This document shows, piece after piece, positions 1 through 9,015 of a DNA stretch of 41,310 nucleotides. The notes beneath the pieces were generated by a model. It had not been told where the DNA came from. It did no database searches and saw nothing but the letters and a program-made list of their open reading frames with translations. This DNA is from Candidatus Bathyarchaeota archaeon (lineage in GTDB: Archaea; Thermoproteota; Bathyarchaeia; Bathyarchaeales; SOJC01): positions 610,440-651,749 of the forward strand of contig CP070765.1 of NCBI GenBank assembly GCA_020345645.1, written 5' to 3'. Position 1 is the first letter of the stretch. Each line of letters opens with the position of its first letter. A program made the position numbers and the translations under genes.

Positions 1-10
1 GGGGAAAAAG

Positions 11-18
11 TATTTAAA
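11..18 (+). promoter_or_regulatory. Possible archaeal TATA box (TATTTAAA) with a purine-rich BRE-like stretch upstream, in front of the uS10 gene
   Basis: TATTTAAA at 11-18 is preceded by GAAAAAG. A GGAG lies at about 50-53, roughly 10 nt before the ATG at 64. The window edge prevents seeing whether an upstream gene co-transcribes. Confidence 0.3.
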
Positions 19-63
19 ACATGTCACTGTGGATAAGTGAAGTCACTCGGAGAACCTTAGTCA

Positions 64-372
64 ATGGCAAGGAAGGCACGAATCAGGCTGACAAGCACCG
101 ATTATGAACGGTTAGAAGATATCTGTGGCGAATTGAAGGCGATCGCAGATAAAACCGGTGTCAAGATGACCGGTCCCGTCCCCCTGCCGACGAAACGCCT
201 TAAAGTGCCTGTCCTGAAAGCACCTTCCGGCGAAGGCACCCCGACTTGGGATCGATGGGAGATGCGCATCCACAAAAGACTGATCGACATCGATGCTGAA
301 GAACGCGTGATGCGTAGAATTATGCGAATCCGCGTCCCGGAAGAAGTTTACGTAAGCATCGAGCTACTTTAA
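64..372 (+). CDS. rps10: 30S ribosomal protein S10 (uS10), archaeal type
   Basis: The 102-aa product begins MARKARIRL.., contains ..[33 protein letters not shown], and has the length typical of archaeal uS10. Confidence 0.95.
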   Translation: MARKARIRLTSTDYERLEDICGELKAIADKTGVKMTGPVPLPTKRLKVPVLKAPSGEGTPTWDRWEMRIHKRLIDIDAEERVMRRIMRIRVPEEVYVSIELL

Positions 373-387
373 TACTAATCTAATTGC

Positions 388-1692
388 TTAAAGATTGCTG
401 CACCACTCCGTCATGTTGCGCTGTGGCGTCTTCATATCCTCGCGATGAGGTGCTTCGTCTTCGTCAACCTTCACTTTCTGAAGATTCAACTCTCCGTAGA
501 CTCCGTCGTATCCAGGCGTCACATAGGCTCTGCCAGCACGAACCTTCAGAACTGCGTTCGTGATCCCCGCTTCAGTAACCTTTCCCAATGCTTCCGGAGA
601 AGCATCGATGAGGACTGCGTATTCACTGCCAAAAAAGGAGACTAGCCGGTTATACGCACTCCAAACGGATTGCACTGCCGGTGAAGAAGCCTCGAGAACT
701 GAAGCAATGATCTCAGATAAGGGGAGCAGATGGATGAAGCCACTCGCTAGAGGAGGTTTAAAACCACGGGGGCGGTCTGAAAGCTCCTCCACCCGCTGCT
801 CTACACCTTTCGTCATCTTCCGTCGACAGACAGGACACAGCGTCTTCGATTTCACCGCTTCTTCCGGAGGCAATCGGACTCCGCAGTTTCTGTGACCAGT
901 CCAATGGTACTTCCCATACGCAGGATTCGTTTCAATGGTGTATTTGAATCGCTTCGGATCCTTCTTTCGGAGAACCTCAAGAATTCCTCGGTAGGAAACC
1001 TCAGGCAATTCAAAGACGTTGGCTTCTCTTCCGATTCTCCAAGGCCAACAGCTATGGCAGTCACTGTTAGAAACAAGCGTGAAACGGTCTAATTCGCTCA
1101 GTCGCCAGTTCATCGGGGGATCCGAGGAGAGCCCGGTCTCTAAAGCATGAATGTGTCGAGTCATCTCGTGGTAACAGTCCTCAATTCGATCGTATCCACT
1201 TCGATCGCCGAAGAGGCTGAACCAAGGAGTCCACACGTGTGCAGGAATTAACTCGTTGTCTTTTGAAACAGCCATCACTTCTTCGACGAGGTGAGGAGCA
1301 GACATTTGAAGAAGAGGTCGCCCGTCAACGGTCAAATCACCGTATTGCGAGAGCCGCTCGTTGATTTGAGTCACCTCGTCAAAACCTTTCGCGAGAATCA
1401 CGTGATGAATCTGCTTCAAAGTACCAATAGGATCTGTGACGGTGCAGACTTCGCTAGTTAACATGAACCGAGGAGACGCAGATCCCTTAGCTAATTGGAA
1501 GAGTCCTGTGTCGTTGATCTCTGTTGTACGGTCCCGCATTTCCGCCAACCATTGAGGATGGGTGAAGTCGCCTGTTCCGACGACGTCTAGGCCTTTAATC
1601 TTCGCGAAGCGGGCAATCTCGGAAGGAGTGATCTTTTTACTTGTTGCCCGACTGAACCGACTGTGAATATGTAAGTCTGCAACAATCCTCAT
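388..1692 (-). CDS. Endonuclease Q-like PHP-domain nuclease (cleaves 5' of deaminated bases)
   Basis: The N-terminus carries the PHP metal site DLHIHSRFSRA..VVGTGDFTHPQW. An internal zinc finger CPVCRRKMTKGVEQRVEEL is present. The 434-aa length and domain order match archaeal EndoQ. Confidence 0.8.
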   Translation of the reverse strand: MRIVADLHIHSRFSRATSKKITPSEIARFAKIKGLDVVGTGDFTHPQWLAEMRDRTTEINDTGLFQLAKGSASPRFMLTSEVCTVTDPIGTLKQIHHVILAKGFDEVTQINERLSQYGDLTVDGRPLLQMSAPHLVEEVMAVSKDNELIPAHVWTPWFSLFGDRSGYDRIEDCYHEMTRHIHALETGLSSDPPMNWRLSELDRFTLVSNSDCHSCWPWRIGREANVFELPEVSYRGILEVLRKKDPKRFKYTIETNPAYGKYHWTGHRNCGVRLPPEEAVKSKTLCPVCRRKMTKGVEQRVEELSDRPRGFKPPLASGFIHLLPLSEIIASVLEASSPAVQSVWSAYNRLVSFFGSEYAVLIDASPEALGKVTEAGITNAVLKVRAGRAYVTPGYDGVYGELNLQKVKVDEDEAPHREDMKTPQRNMTEWCSNL

Positions 1693-1695
1693 AGG

Positions 1696-2304
1696 TTAAC
1701 TGGACCAGCTTTCACGGTCTTCTCCCGCTGAGATCGAATCCGAATCCTTGTCTACTTCATCCTGCCGGTAGTCTTCATTAAGGTTGCGTGAAGGGGTTCT
1801 GTTGAAATAGTGGTCGAAAACTTTCTCCCAGTCAATTCTGTATAGGAGGGCGACTACTAGGATTAGTAGAGCCATCGTGACCGCTGAAATTATCCAGCTT
1901 CCATCCCCGAAAAATCTCAGAATAATGTCTCCCTGAATCCTGCCAAAATACGCTACGGCGTAAATCATCAGGAGTTTACCGAAGAGGGCTGGAATGAACG
2001 CCTTCACCACGCTGTACCGCATGAGTCCAAGGGGGATGAACAGCAGGTCGTCAGGCAGCGGGGTAAGCGCAAAGAGGAAGATAGCTAGTGGACTGTATTT
2101 TCCGAATATTCGAAGGAGGTAGTCCATCCTTCGTTGTCTTTCGGCACTTATGAGCCTCCGTCCGTAGTACCCTAAAAAGTACCCTACGAGTTCTCCGATA
2201 GCTGAACCGGTTCCCCCTGCTAGGGTTAAAAGAAGAGGGTCCTCACCTGCGAGAGCCAGATAGTAAATTACTAACGTATACGGAATTGGGATTACGATAG
2301 CCAT
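1696..2304 (-). CDS. DedA/VTT (SNARE-associated) family membrane protein
   Basis: The product is polytopic and contains GYFLGYYGRRLI plus the LTPLPDDLLFIPLG re-entrant-type motif of DedA proteins. Its stop lies 3 nt from the start of the EndoQ-like gene, so the two probably form an operon. Confidence 0.75.
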   Translation of the reverse strand: MAIVIPIPYTLVIYYLALAGEDPLLLTLAGGTGSAIGELVGYFLGYYGRRLISAERQRRMDYLLRIFGKYSPLAIFLFALTPLPDDLLFIPLGLMRYSVVKAFIPALFGKLLMIYAVAYFGRIQGDIILRFFGDGSWIISAVTMALLILVVALLYRIDWEKVFDHYFNRTPSRNLNEDYRQDEVDKDSDSISAGEDRESWSS

Positions 2305-2442
2305 CGTGCCTAGGACACTTACTAGGAATACGCCAAAGTAACCGAATTGCCGTGCTATTTGATCCAGCCAGTCTGTTATCAGTGGGAAGCACTCCGAGTG
2401 AAGATTCCTTCCAGTGGGAATGAGTGTTCAATGGTTTCTGGG

Positions 2443-3645
2443 CTAGATTAAGTCTAGCTTCTTTCCTCCTTCCTCAAAGGCACATATGGCACGGTCTAAC
2501 TGCTCTTTTGTGTGTTTGGTGCATAGCTGTGCTCGGATTCGGGCTTTATCTCGTGCGACCATCGGGAAGACGATGGGGAGGGCGAAGATGCCTTTCTGCC
2601 AGATGAAGTCCGCTAATTCCTTCGCCTTCTTACTCTCGCCACACATCACGGGAACGATGGGGGTTTCGCTGTTTCCTGTGTCGAAGCCGAGGTCCTGCAT
2701 CGCTGTCAGGAAGTACTCCCGGTTTTGCCACACCTGTTGTACGTGTTGCGGTTCTGTCTCTAGGACGTCGATGGCGGCTGTGCAGGCCGCGGCGACGCCG
2801 GGGGGGACCCCGCCACTGAGGAGCCAGCTTCGTGACTTGTTGTAAGCGAAGTTCCGCAGGTCTTCGCCGCCGGTGATGTGCCCTCCGATCACGCCGAAGG
2901 CTTTGGAGAAGGTGCCCATCTCCACGTGGACTTGATCTCGTCGTAAGTGGAAGTGGCTGACGATTCCACGCCCGTCTTCGCCCAGTACGCCTTCGCCATG
3001 CGCGTCGTCAACGTATACTCCGGCTCCAGCTTCTTCGGCGAGTTTAGCGATTTCAGGTAACGGAGCTAGATCGCCATCCATGCTGAAGACGCCGTCGGTT
3101 AGGATCCAGATATGGTTGTATGGTGGGTCATGTTTAGCTACTTCATCCATGACGCGAGCGAGGTCTTCAACGTCTTTGTGTTTGAAGATTGCACGATCCG
3201 CCTTCGTTAATCGGACACCGTCGATGATGGAACCGTGGTTAAGTTCGTCGGAGACGAAGAGGTCGCCTCTCCCGCAGAGCTGTGGGACGAGCCCTTCGTT
3301 CGCCATGAACCCAGTCTGGTACGTTAGGGAGGCTGGGGCGTTCTTAAAACGGGCTAGCCGTCGGTCCAGTTCTTCGTGGACGGTCATGTTACCTGAAATG
3401 GAACGGTCGCTTCCAGCTCCGGCGCCGTATTTCTTCGTCGCTTCCAACATGGCGTCGACGACTTTTGGGTGGGTGGAGAGGTTAAGGTAGTTGTTAGCAC
3501 ACAGCAGAATCACTTGTCTGCCGTCGACCTTGCAGACGGGTTCATTCGCCGTCTGCAGCTCTTTGAGCTCCCAGTTCAAGTGTTCGCGGACGAGCCGCCG
3601 ATATTCTTCCCCTAAATACTTGGTCGGGTGGCGCGTTGCCTTCAA
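2443..3645 (-). CDS. kbl: 2-amino-3-ketobutyrate CoA ligase (glycine C-acetyltransferase)
   Basis: This is an alpha-oxoamine synthase fold with CANNYLNLSTHP, DDAHGEG and the PLP-lysine block TFSKAFG. It sits directly downstream of a threonine dehydrogenase gene. The start codon appears to be TTG. Confidence 0.85.
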   Translation of the reverse strand: MKATRHPTKYLGEEYRRLVREHLNWELKELQTANEPVCKVDGRQVILLCANNYLNLSTHPKVVDAMLEATKKYGAGAGSDRSISGNMTVHEELDRRLARFKNAPASLTYQTGFMANEGLVPQLCGRGDLFVSDELNHGSIIDGVRLTKADRAIFKHKDVEDLARVMDEVAKHDPPYNHIWILTDGVFSMDGDLAPLPEIAKLAEEAGAGVYVDDAHGEGVLGEDGRGIVSHFHLRRDQVHVEMGTFSKAFGVIGGHITGGEDLRNFAYNKSRSWLLSGGVPPGVAAACTAAIDVLETEPQHVQQVWQNREYFLTAMQDLGFDTGNSETPIVPVMCGESKKAKELADFIWQKGIFALPIVFPMVARDKARIRAQLCTKHTKEQLDRAICAFEEGGKKLDLI

Positions 3646-3713
3646 TCTTGAGACCTCACGTTGAATTGCTGCATTCTATTCAAGACTCCGTTCTCTTAAC
3701 CTTTATCGCCATA

Positions 3714-4766
3714 CTACTTGGGTTTTATAACGACTTTCGCGGCTTTCTTCGACTCGATAAGGTTGATGCCGTCCTCAATCTTACTCATCGGTAGCTGATG
3801 CGTGATGACGGAAGCGATTTTCTTCTGGAAAACCAAGTCTGATAACAGCCCTTTCACTTGATGCCACGTCTGATAGATGCGTCTGCCTGAGATACCGTAA
3901 ATGTGAGCGGCTTTGAAGATGATGGCTTCATTGAGGTTCAAGGTCACGGGGGAATCGAAGATTCCTAAGAGGGAGACACGACCGCCACTTCTCAAGATTT
4001 CGAAGCTCTGACGTAGGGCAGCTGCGGCACCAGACATCTCCAAGACGACGTCGACGCCTTCTCCATCAGTCTCGTCTAAGATGATCTGGGGAAGCTGGGC
4101 TCCTTCTTTCTTGGCACTGAGTACGAGGTCTGCACCCATCGTGTGCGCCAGCTCCATACGTACTTGGTTCAAGCCACCAGCAGTCGCGTAGACTCGGGTC
4201 GCCCCGAGTTTCCGGAGTACAGCGATCGCCATCAATCCAATGGGACCGCAACCTATCACTGCCGCGGTCTTCCCCGCGATGTCTTCAACATTGTCTTTTG
4301 GGAGAGCCGCTTGCACAGCATTACCGAGGGGTTCTTGGATGGAAGCGACTTCGGGAGGGATGTTCGGGTCGTTCTTCCACGCGTTCTGGGCAGGCAGAGC
4401 GATGTACTCAGCGAAGCACCCATCGGTGTCGACTCCTAAAATCTTGAGGTTCCGGCAGATATGCATCCGATCTGTCTGGCAAAGGGTGCAGGTGCCATCG
4501 TATATGTGGGTCTCCGCGGACACTGCGTCGCCTTCATTAAATCCAGTGACCCCGGGTCCGAGTTCCACGATTTCTCCGCTGAACTCGTGCCCGAAGACGA
4601 ATGGAAGCTTCTTAATCCTTGTCTGGGCCCATTCATTCCACTCCCAGATGTGGAGATCTGTTCCGCAGATTGAAGCGACTTTAACTTTAACTAAAACCTC
4701 GTCTCGCTTCAACGTCGGAAGGGTTGTAGTAGTGATTTCAGCACCTGGACCTCGCTTCGTCTTCAT
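3714..4766 (-). CDS. tdh: L-threonine 3-dehydrogenase (Zn-dependent MDR family)
   Basis: Motifs seen are the Zn-ADH motif GHEFSGEIVELG, the catalytic C..H pattern ASICGTDLHIW and the Rossmann motif VIGCGPIGL. The gene is paired with kbl. The start is placed at MKTKRG; the ORF stays open up to 4817, so upstream starts (4778, 4817) are possible. Confidence 0.85.
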   Translation of the reverse strand: MKTKRGPGAEITTTTLPTLKRDEVLVKVKVASICGTDLHIWEWNEWAQTRIKKLPFVFGHEFSGEIVELGPGVTGFNEGDAVSAETHIYDGTCTLCQTDRMHICRNLKILGVDTDGCFAEYIALPAQNAWKNDPNIPPEVASIQEPLGNAVQAALPKDNVEDIAGKTAAVIGCGPIGLMAIAVLRKLGATRVYATAGGLNQVRMELAHTMGADLVLSAKKEGAQLPQIILDETDGEGVDVVLEMSGAAAALRQSFEILRSGGRVSLLGIFDSPVTLNLNEAIIFKAAHIYGISGRRIYQTWHQVKGLLSDLVFQKKIASVITHQLPMSKIEDGINLIESKKAAKVVIKPK

Positions 4767-4913
4767 TATGGCAAACATGTTCATGCACGACACGACGGAA
4801 CGTGAGAGTGTAATCATTCAATTCATTGAGTAAAAAGGTTATCCAAGAGCATAGGTGTGCGAAAAAGATATGACCGTTAAGGATGGGCGTAATAACCGAC
4901 GGATTGCAGAATC

Positions 4914-6044
4914 ATGAAAGTGGGCTTCCTCGTCAATCCCATTGCTGGCATGGGTGGGAAGGTCGGTCTAAAGGGCACTGACGGCGTCGTTGAGCGAGCT
5001 CTTGAACTCGGAGCAACGTCAATAGCGCCTCAGAGGGGAATCGAGTTCCTGAAACACCTAACGCGGCTAGGTGTGAACGAGAAGATCGAGGTGGTTTCAT
5101 GCCCTGCGGAGATGGGATTCAGTGAATTGACTACTGTAGGATTCGACGCCTCTATCCTACCGATGGATGTCCCGAAAGACTCAACGGCGAAGGACACCAA
5201 AACCGCAGTGGAACTGATGGTCAGACGAGGCGTCGATCTCATCGTCTTCGTCGGAGGAGATGGAACCGCCCGAGACATCATGGATGCAGTCCTCGAAGTA
5301 AGTACGTACGAAGACGCACCTCTGGTCCTCGGAGTCCCAGCAGGGGTAAAGATGTACAGCGGCATCTTCGCCACCAATCCCACGGATGCTGCACACGTAG
5401 TGGAAGCAGTCGTAAATGGCGAGGCACAGACTACGGACTTCGAGATCATCGACGCTGACGAGGAAACCACTCGAGAGGATCACTTCACCATCCGCCTCTG
5501 CGGTCTACTGAAGGGTCCCTTGATGCCGACGTTTATCCAGGGAAGTAAACAGGTCTCGTCAGAAGCCACCGACGAACATGAAAACCAGATGGCGACAGCT
5601 AGGTTCGCGATGGAAGAGCTGGACCGCGACGCGGTTCTACTGCTTTGCCCAGGCACAACCGTACGATGCGTTGCAGATCTTCTTGGCGTAGCGAAGACGT
5701 TACTGGGCGTAGACGTCTACTGGAAGGGAACCCTCCGTAAAGACGTGAACGAAACAGCGATTCGCGAGGCGATTGCGGGGAAAAAGCGTGTACAGATCAT
5801 CGTCTCACCGATCGGTAGACAGGGAATCCTGTTCGGCAGAGGAAACCAGCAGGTTAGTCCCAACATCATACGTAGCGTCGGTAAGGAGAACATTTTCGTC
5901 GTAGCAACCAAAGCGAAGATTCGTGGCATCGAAGGGGGGAAACTGAGAGTCGATACAGGAGACGAGGACTTGGATAAGCAGTTGGGCGGGTTCATTCGGG
6001 TGATGACGGACTACCGCGAATGGCGGCTAATGCCGATCGAATAG
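4914..6044 (+). CDS. ATP-NAD kinase-like family protein (COG3199-type predicted NAD/diacylglycerol kinase fold)
   Basis: The GGDGT signature (VFVGGDGTARDI) is present, the N-terminus reads NPIAGMGGKVGLKGTDG, and the product is 376 aa. Confidence 0.65.
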   Translation: MKVGFLVNPIAGMGGKVGLKGTDGVVERALELGATSIAPQRGIEFLKHLTRLGVNEKIEVVSCPAEMGFSELTTVGFDASILPMDVPKDSTAKDTKTAVELMVRRGVDLIVFVGGDGTARDIMDAVLEVSTYEDAPLVLGVPAGVKMYSGIFATNPTDAAHVVEAVVNGEAQTTDFEIIDADEETTREDHFTIRLCGLLKGPLMPTFIQGSKQVSSEATDEHENQMATARFAMEELDRDAVLLLCPGTTVRCVADLLGVAKTLLGVDVYWKGTLRKDVNETAIREAIAGKKRVQIIVSPIGRQGILFGRGNQQVSPNIIRSVGKENIFVVATKAKIRGIEGGKLRVDTGDEDLDKQLGGFIRVMTDYREWRLMPIE

Positions 6045-6056
6045 CACCGTCGATGT

Positions 6057-7301
6057 TTAGGAGCCGGCTTTCTCAGCTTTTCCCAGCAGGTTCATAAGGA
6101 TAGGCATCAAGTCCACGCCGCGAATTCTACCTAATCCTCCGCGACCACACGGTCGCTCGCCAAATTCACCGACGTCGTCTCGGCGGACATTGGGTCCTGA
6201 AATAGCGAGTGGAACCGGTTCCCCACTATGTTCACCCTTCACGGAAGACGTGGTGTGATCGGCAGTCACAGCGAGAAAGACGTCTTCAGAGTCAATGTGC
6301 TGAAGTAGGTAAGCCACGAGGACGTCGACTTTTTCGATCATCTGAATCTTCTTCTGCGGGTTACGATCATGACTCGCCAAGTCCGTGGCTTTCACATGTA
6401 CCAGTACGAAGTCGAAACGTTGTAGCGACGTGATCGCAGCCTGCGCTTTCGCCTTGGTCTCTGTTTCATATGTTCCGTTACCGCCTTCAACGTTGATCAG
6501 GCGCATTCCTGCCGCCTTACACACCCCTTTCACAAGGGGAACCGCAGCGATTGCGGCAGGGTGGATCCCGTAGAGAAGCGAGAGAGGGTCAAGTTCAGGC
6601 AACGTTCCGACGCCCCTGAAGAGAACCGCGTTGGCTACTGGAAGCCCGTTACTCGCTCGCCGTTTGTTAACGGGATGATCGGTCAATGCATCATGTAGCT
6701 GCAAAGTAAGGGTGTTTAACACGTTGGCTGTGTGCTCAGCTTCCGGGTTTTCATCCAAGGCGTGCGCCTGAAGAACCTTCTGCCCGGTCCTGTGAGGGTC
6801 CGTATCCGAGACGAATGCTGACAGCTTGGGACCACTCAAGCGAAGGATAGCCCGATGTTGGACAGTGTTCGTGAAGAGGATATCTCCGACTTCAGGAGGA
6901 TTCATTTTGATGGATTCCTGGATAGCCGCAGTCAACGTAGCAGCTTCCTCACTAGTGATTCGCCCAGCTCTACGATCCAGCACAATGAAGTCAGCGTCAA
7001 CTGTGGCGAAGTTGCAGCGAAAAGCCAAGTCGTTTGGCAGAATATCGACACCGGAGCCGATGGCTTCAAGAGCGCCCCGTCCGGTATAGGACTCGATTAA
7101 GTCATAACCCAAGAGGGCAAGGTGAGCGGTATCGCTTCCCGGAGGGATTCCTGGACCAATGACGTCGACTAGACCGCAGATGCCCTTCTTCGCGATCTCG
7201 TCGAGGCTGGGCACCTCAGCGGCTTCGAGCGGAGTCCTCCCTTTCAGTGCCTTCAGAGGAACATCGGCCATTCCATCGGCAATAACGAGAATTGCCTTCA
7301 C
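6057..7301 (-). CDS. apgM: Cofactor-independent phosphoglycerate mutase, archaeal type
   Basis: The N-terminus MKAILVIADGMADVP and the later TADHTT..GEHSGEPVP metal-site blocks are characteristic of ApgM (alkaline phosphatase superfamily). The product is 414 aa. Confidence 0.9.
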   Translation of the reverse strand: MKAILVIADGMADVPLKALKGRTPLEAAEVPSLDEIAKKGICGLVDVIGPGIPPGSDTAHLALLGYDLIESYTGRGALEAIGSGVDILPNDLAFRCNFATVDADFIVLDRRAGRITSEEAATLTAAIQESIKMNPPEVGDILFTNTVQHRAILRLSGPKLSAFVSDTDPHRTGQKVLQAHALDENPEAEHTANVLNTLTLQLHDALTDHPVNKRRASNGLPVANAVLFRGVGTLPELDPLSLLYGIHPAAIAAVPLVKGVCKAAGMRLINVEGGNGTYETETKAKAQAAITSLQRFDFVLVHVKATDLASHDRNPQKKIQMIEKVDVLVAYLLQHIDSEDVFLAVTADHTTSSVKGEHSGEPVPLAISGPNVRRDDVGEFGERPCGRGGLGRIRGVDLMPILMNLLGKAEKAGS

Positions 7302-7385
7302 AGAGAGACCTCAGTCACGCTTTCTGTTAACAGAATGAGTGGAAAGCTATTAGAATTATCGTCTCGATCAACAGTTAAACATGGT

Positions 7386-7793
7386 TCACAACGCGGTGGT
7401 CAGTTCACTGACCTTCATCTTGATCTGATCAAAGATCCGTTTCGTGTGACCATGGGGGAGAAAGTATGGGTCGTCGATGTTCCAAACCGTAATTCGATCG
7501 GTGCATTCAGGGCATTCAGCTGAGATGAATGCTTTGTGTCGAGGTTTCATAGCGATAATTAAATCGTAACTGGCAAGGTTTTTCTGCTGCAAGCCTTCGG
7601 GGGTCTGCTTTAAGAACTGGAGGGCTGCTTCATCTTTCAGATATTCCTTAGCAGCTACCGAAATAGGGATCGCCGGGTCGGTTCCAGCCGAGTCAACATC
7701 AACGGAAGGGTGGAGCTTCCTGAGTAAAGCCTCTGCTACCGGACTCCGATATGCGTTACCTGAACAGACGAAGAGGATCTTCATTTGAGCCAC
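7386..7793 (-). CDS. Low-molecular-weight protein-tyrosine phosphatase / ArsC-like phosphatase
   Basis: The CX5R(S) P-loop is present in ILFVCSGNAYRSP, and a downstream DP general-acid motif (NIDDPYF) is seen. The product is 135 aa. Confidence 0.85.
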   Translation of the reverse strand: MAQMKILFVCSGNAYRSPVAEALLRKLHPSVDVDSAGTDPAIPISVAAKEYLKDEAALQFLKQTPEGLQQKNLASYDLIIAMKPRHKAFISAECPECTDRITVWNIDDPYFLPHGHTKRIFDQIKMKVSELTTAL

Positions 7794-7850
7794 TTAGACT
7801 AAGCCATCTCCATATAAACATTGTAGATGGAGAGCAGTAAAACTGCAGGA

Positions 7851-8420
7851 TTATTCAGTTAGTTGCTTCCGCTTCTTTCTCAGATGGTCGAAGAGAGTCT
7901 TACCAATCAATGTCTCAATCTGGTTCTCAGCGGTGCACCAGAAGGGTTCAAGAGCGTCACGATTGAACCCTGCTTCTTCATATTCCAGTGCCTGCATCAC
8001 CATCTCGATCCGGTCGATGTCCTTCGCTAGGATCGCTTCAGGAGTCGTTTGCGCTTCAAATTCCTGCCATAGGAGAAAGTAACGTTCCTTCAAGTCACTT
8101 GGTAACAGGGATAGGAGTTGTTTAATCGCCTTTTTCTCGAGTTGCTTGACTTTCGAAGAGCCTGTGCGTTCCTTGGCAAAGAGATCGTAGTCGCCCGTCA
8201 GTGCTTCCTGTACATCGTGGAGAAGCAACATTCGAATGAGTTTATCGGCATTCATCTCCGCCAGATCGCCAAGGCACATCGCTAAGACTGCACATCTGAA
8301 GCTGTGGTCAGCAATCGACTCAGCTTTCTCCATGTTTACGTGTGAAACCCAGCCTGATCTCGCAGTTGTCTTCAATCGCCCCACATGGCGCGTGAATTTG
8401 AGCACGTTCTGAATGGTCAC
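7851..8420 (-). CDS. HD-domain phosphohydrolase (YfbR-like 5'-deoxynucleotidase family)
   Basis: The H...HD...D pattern is seen in ADHSFRCAVLA and LLLHDVQEALTGD. The product is 189 aa. Confidence 0.75.
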   Translation of the reverse strand: MTIQNVLKFTRHVGRLKTTARSGWVSHVNMEKAESIADHSFRCAVLAMCLGDLAEMNADKLIRMLLLHDVQEALTGDYDLFAKERTGSSKVKQLEKKAIKQLLSLLPSDLKERYFLLWQEFEAQTTPEAILAKDIDRIEMVMQALEYEEAGFNRDALEPFWCTAENQIETLIGKTLFDHLRKKRKQLTE

Positions 8421-8566
8421 AGATGAATCCCCTTTGTAGGAGATATTGTATATGGTGATAGCAAAGACGCTTTCGCTTCGAGGTTCACATACGTAAACGT
8501 GTGAGAAGGAAAAACACGGTACGTTTATGTTCTAGAAAAGACATCTATATTATATCTGGAGAAGGC

Positions 8567-8833
8567 ATGAATTCTAACCTCCTTTCGAAAAGAAGGGGCG
8601 TTCTCGCAATTTCAATCGACATTCTAAAGGAGGCTAATTCAGGCGCTGGGAAGACGCGTTTGCTCTACTCAGTGGGTTTGAGTTACGATCAACTCAAGCG
8701 CTATCTTCAGTATCTAACGAATCAAGGCTTCATCAAAGAAGTTGAGGATTGTTATCAGACGACTCAGAAAGGACACCAGTTGATTAATGAGTTTGATTCC
8801 TCCCCGTTGACGCAAAGCATCCTCGCGGTCTGA
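8567..8833 (+). CDS. Small winged-helix DNA-binding protein (archaeal HTH_45-like)
   Basis: The roughly 88-aa product contains ..ILKEANSGAGKTRLLYSVGLSYDQLKRYLQYLTNQGFI.., typical of archaeal wHTH regulators. The start is set at the first ATG (MNSNLL); the ORF is open from 8501. Confidence 0.6.
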   Translation: MNSNLLSKRRGVLAISIDILKEANSGAGKTRLLYSVGLSYDQLKRYLQYLTNQGFIKEVEDCYQTTQKGHQLINEFDSSPLTQSILAV

Positions 8834-8853
8834 GGTGCACATACACCCGACCT

Positions 8854-8878
8854 CCTCCTTTTTTCTATTAGAAGGAGG
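8854..8878 (+). terminator. Possible transcription stop after the wHTH gene: a T6 run embedded in a 7-bp hairpin (CCTCCTT / AAGGAGG)
   Basis: An oligo-T tract lies at 8859-8864 immediately downstream of the stop at 8833. Inverted repeats flank it. Confidence 0.3.
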
Positions 8879-8893
8879 CTCAAAAGAGGGTAC

Positions 8894-8902
8894 TATTATA
8901 TA
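8894..8902 (+). promoter_or_regulatory. Possible TATA box (TATTATATA) for the riboswitch-thiT transcript
   Basis: This A/T box lies about 25-30 nt upstream of where the THI-box aptamer begins. Confidence 0.35.
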
Positions 8903-8919
8903 GTTAGTCAGTTCTTCAT

Positions 8920-9015
8920 TACGTTCACCTAGGGGAGCTGGGAGTACTCGGCTGAGAAGATGGGTGGAGCCCGTCGACCCTTTGAACCTGATCCAGGTAA
9001 TGCTGGCGAAGGAAA
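8920..9015 (+). promoter_or_regulatory. TPP (thiamine pyrophosphate) riboswitch, THI-box
   Basis: Conserved cores are AGGGGAGC, the CUGAGA junction (8952-8957), ACCCUUUGAACCUGAUCCAGGUAAUGCUGGCGAAGGAA (8977-9013), and the pyrophosphate-sensor helix CCAGG/CUGG. It lies directly upstream of a thiT homologue, with the AUG at 9016. Confidence 0.85.

Noticed and set aside
4240-4833. 197-aa ORF on the + strand, plus several shorter ones at 4066-4673
   Set aside because: It lies entirely antisense to or overlapping the well-supported tdh gene. The composition is Ser/Pro/Ala-rich with no recognisable motif, as expected for a shadow ORF of a moderately GC-rich gene.
7807-7833. 7-bp inverted repeat (TCTCCAT / ATGGAGA) between the HD-domain and LMW-PTP genes, considered as a terminator or regulatory hairpin
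   Set aside because: The stem is short, the loop is 13 nt, and no adjacent T-run is present. The loop contains a TTTATAT element on the minus strand that is more simply explained as the TATA box of the LMW-PTP gene.
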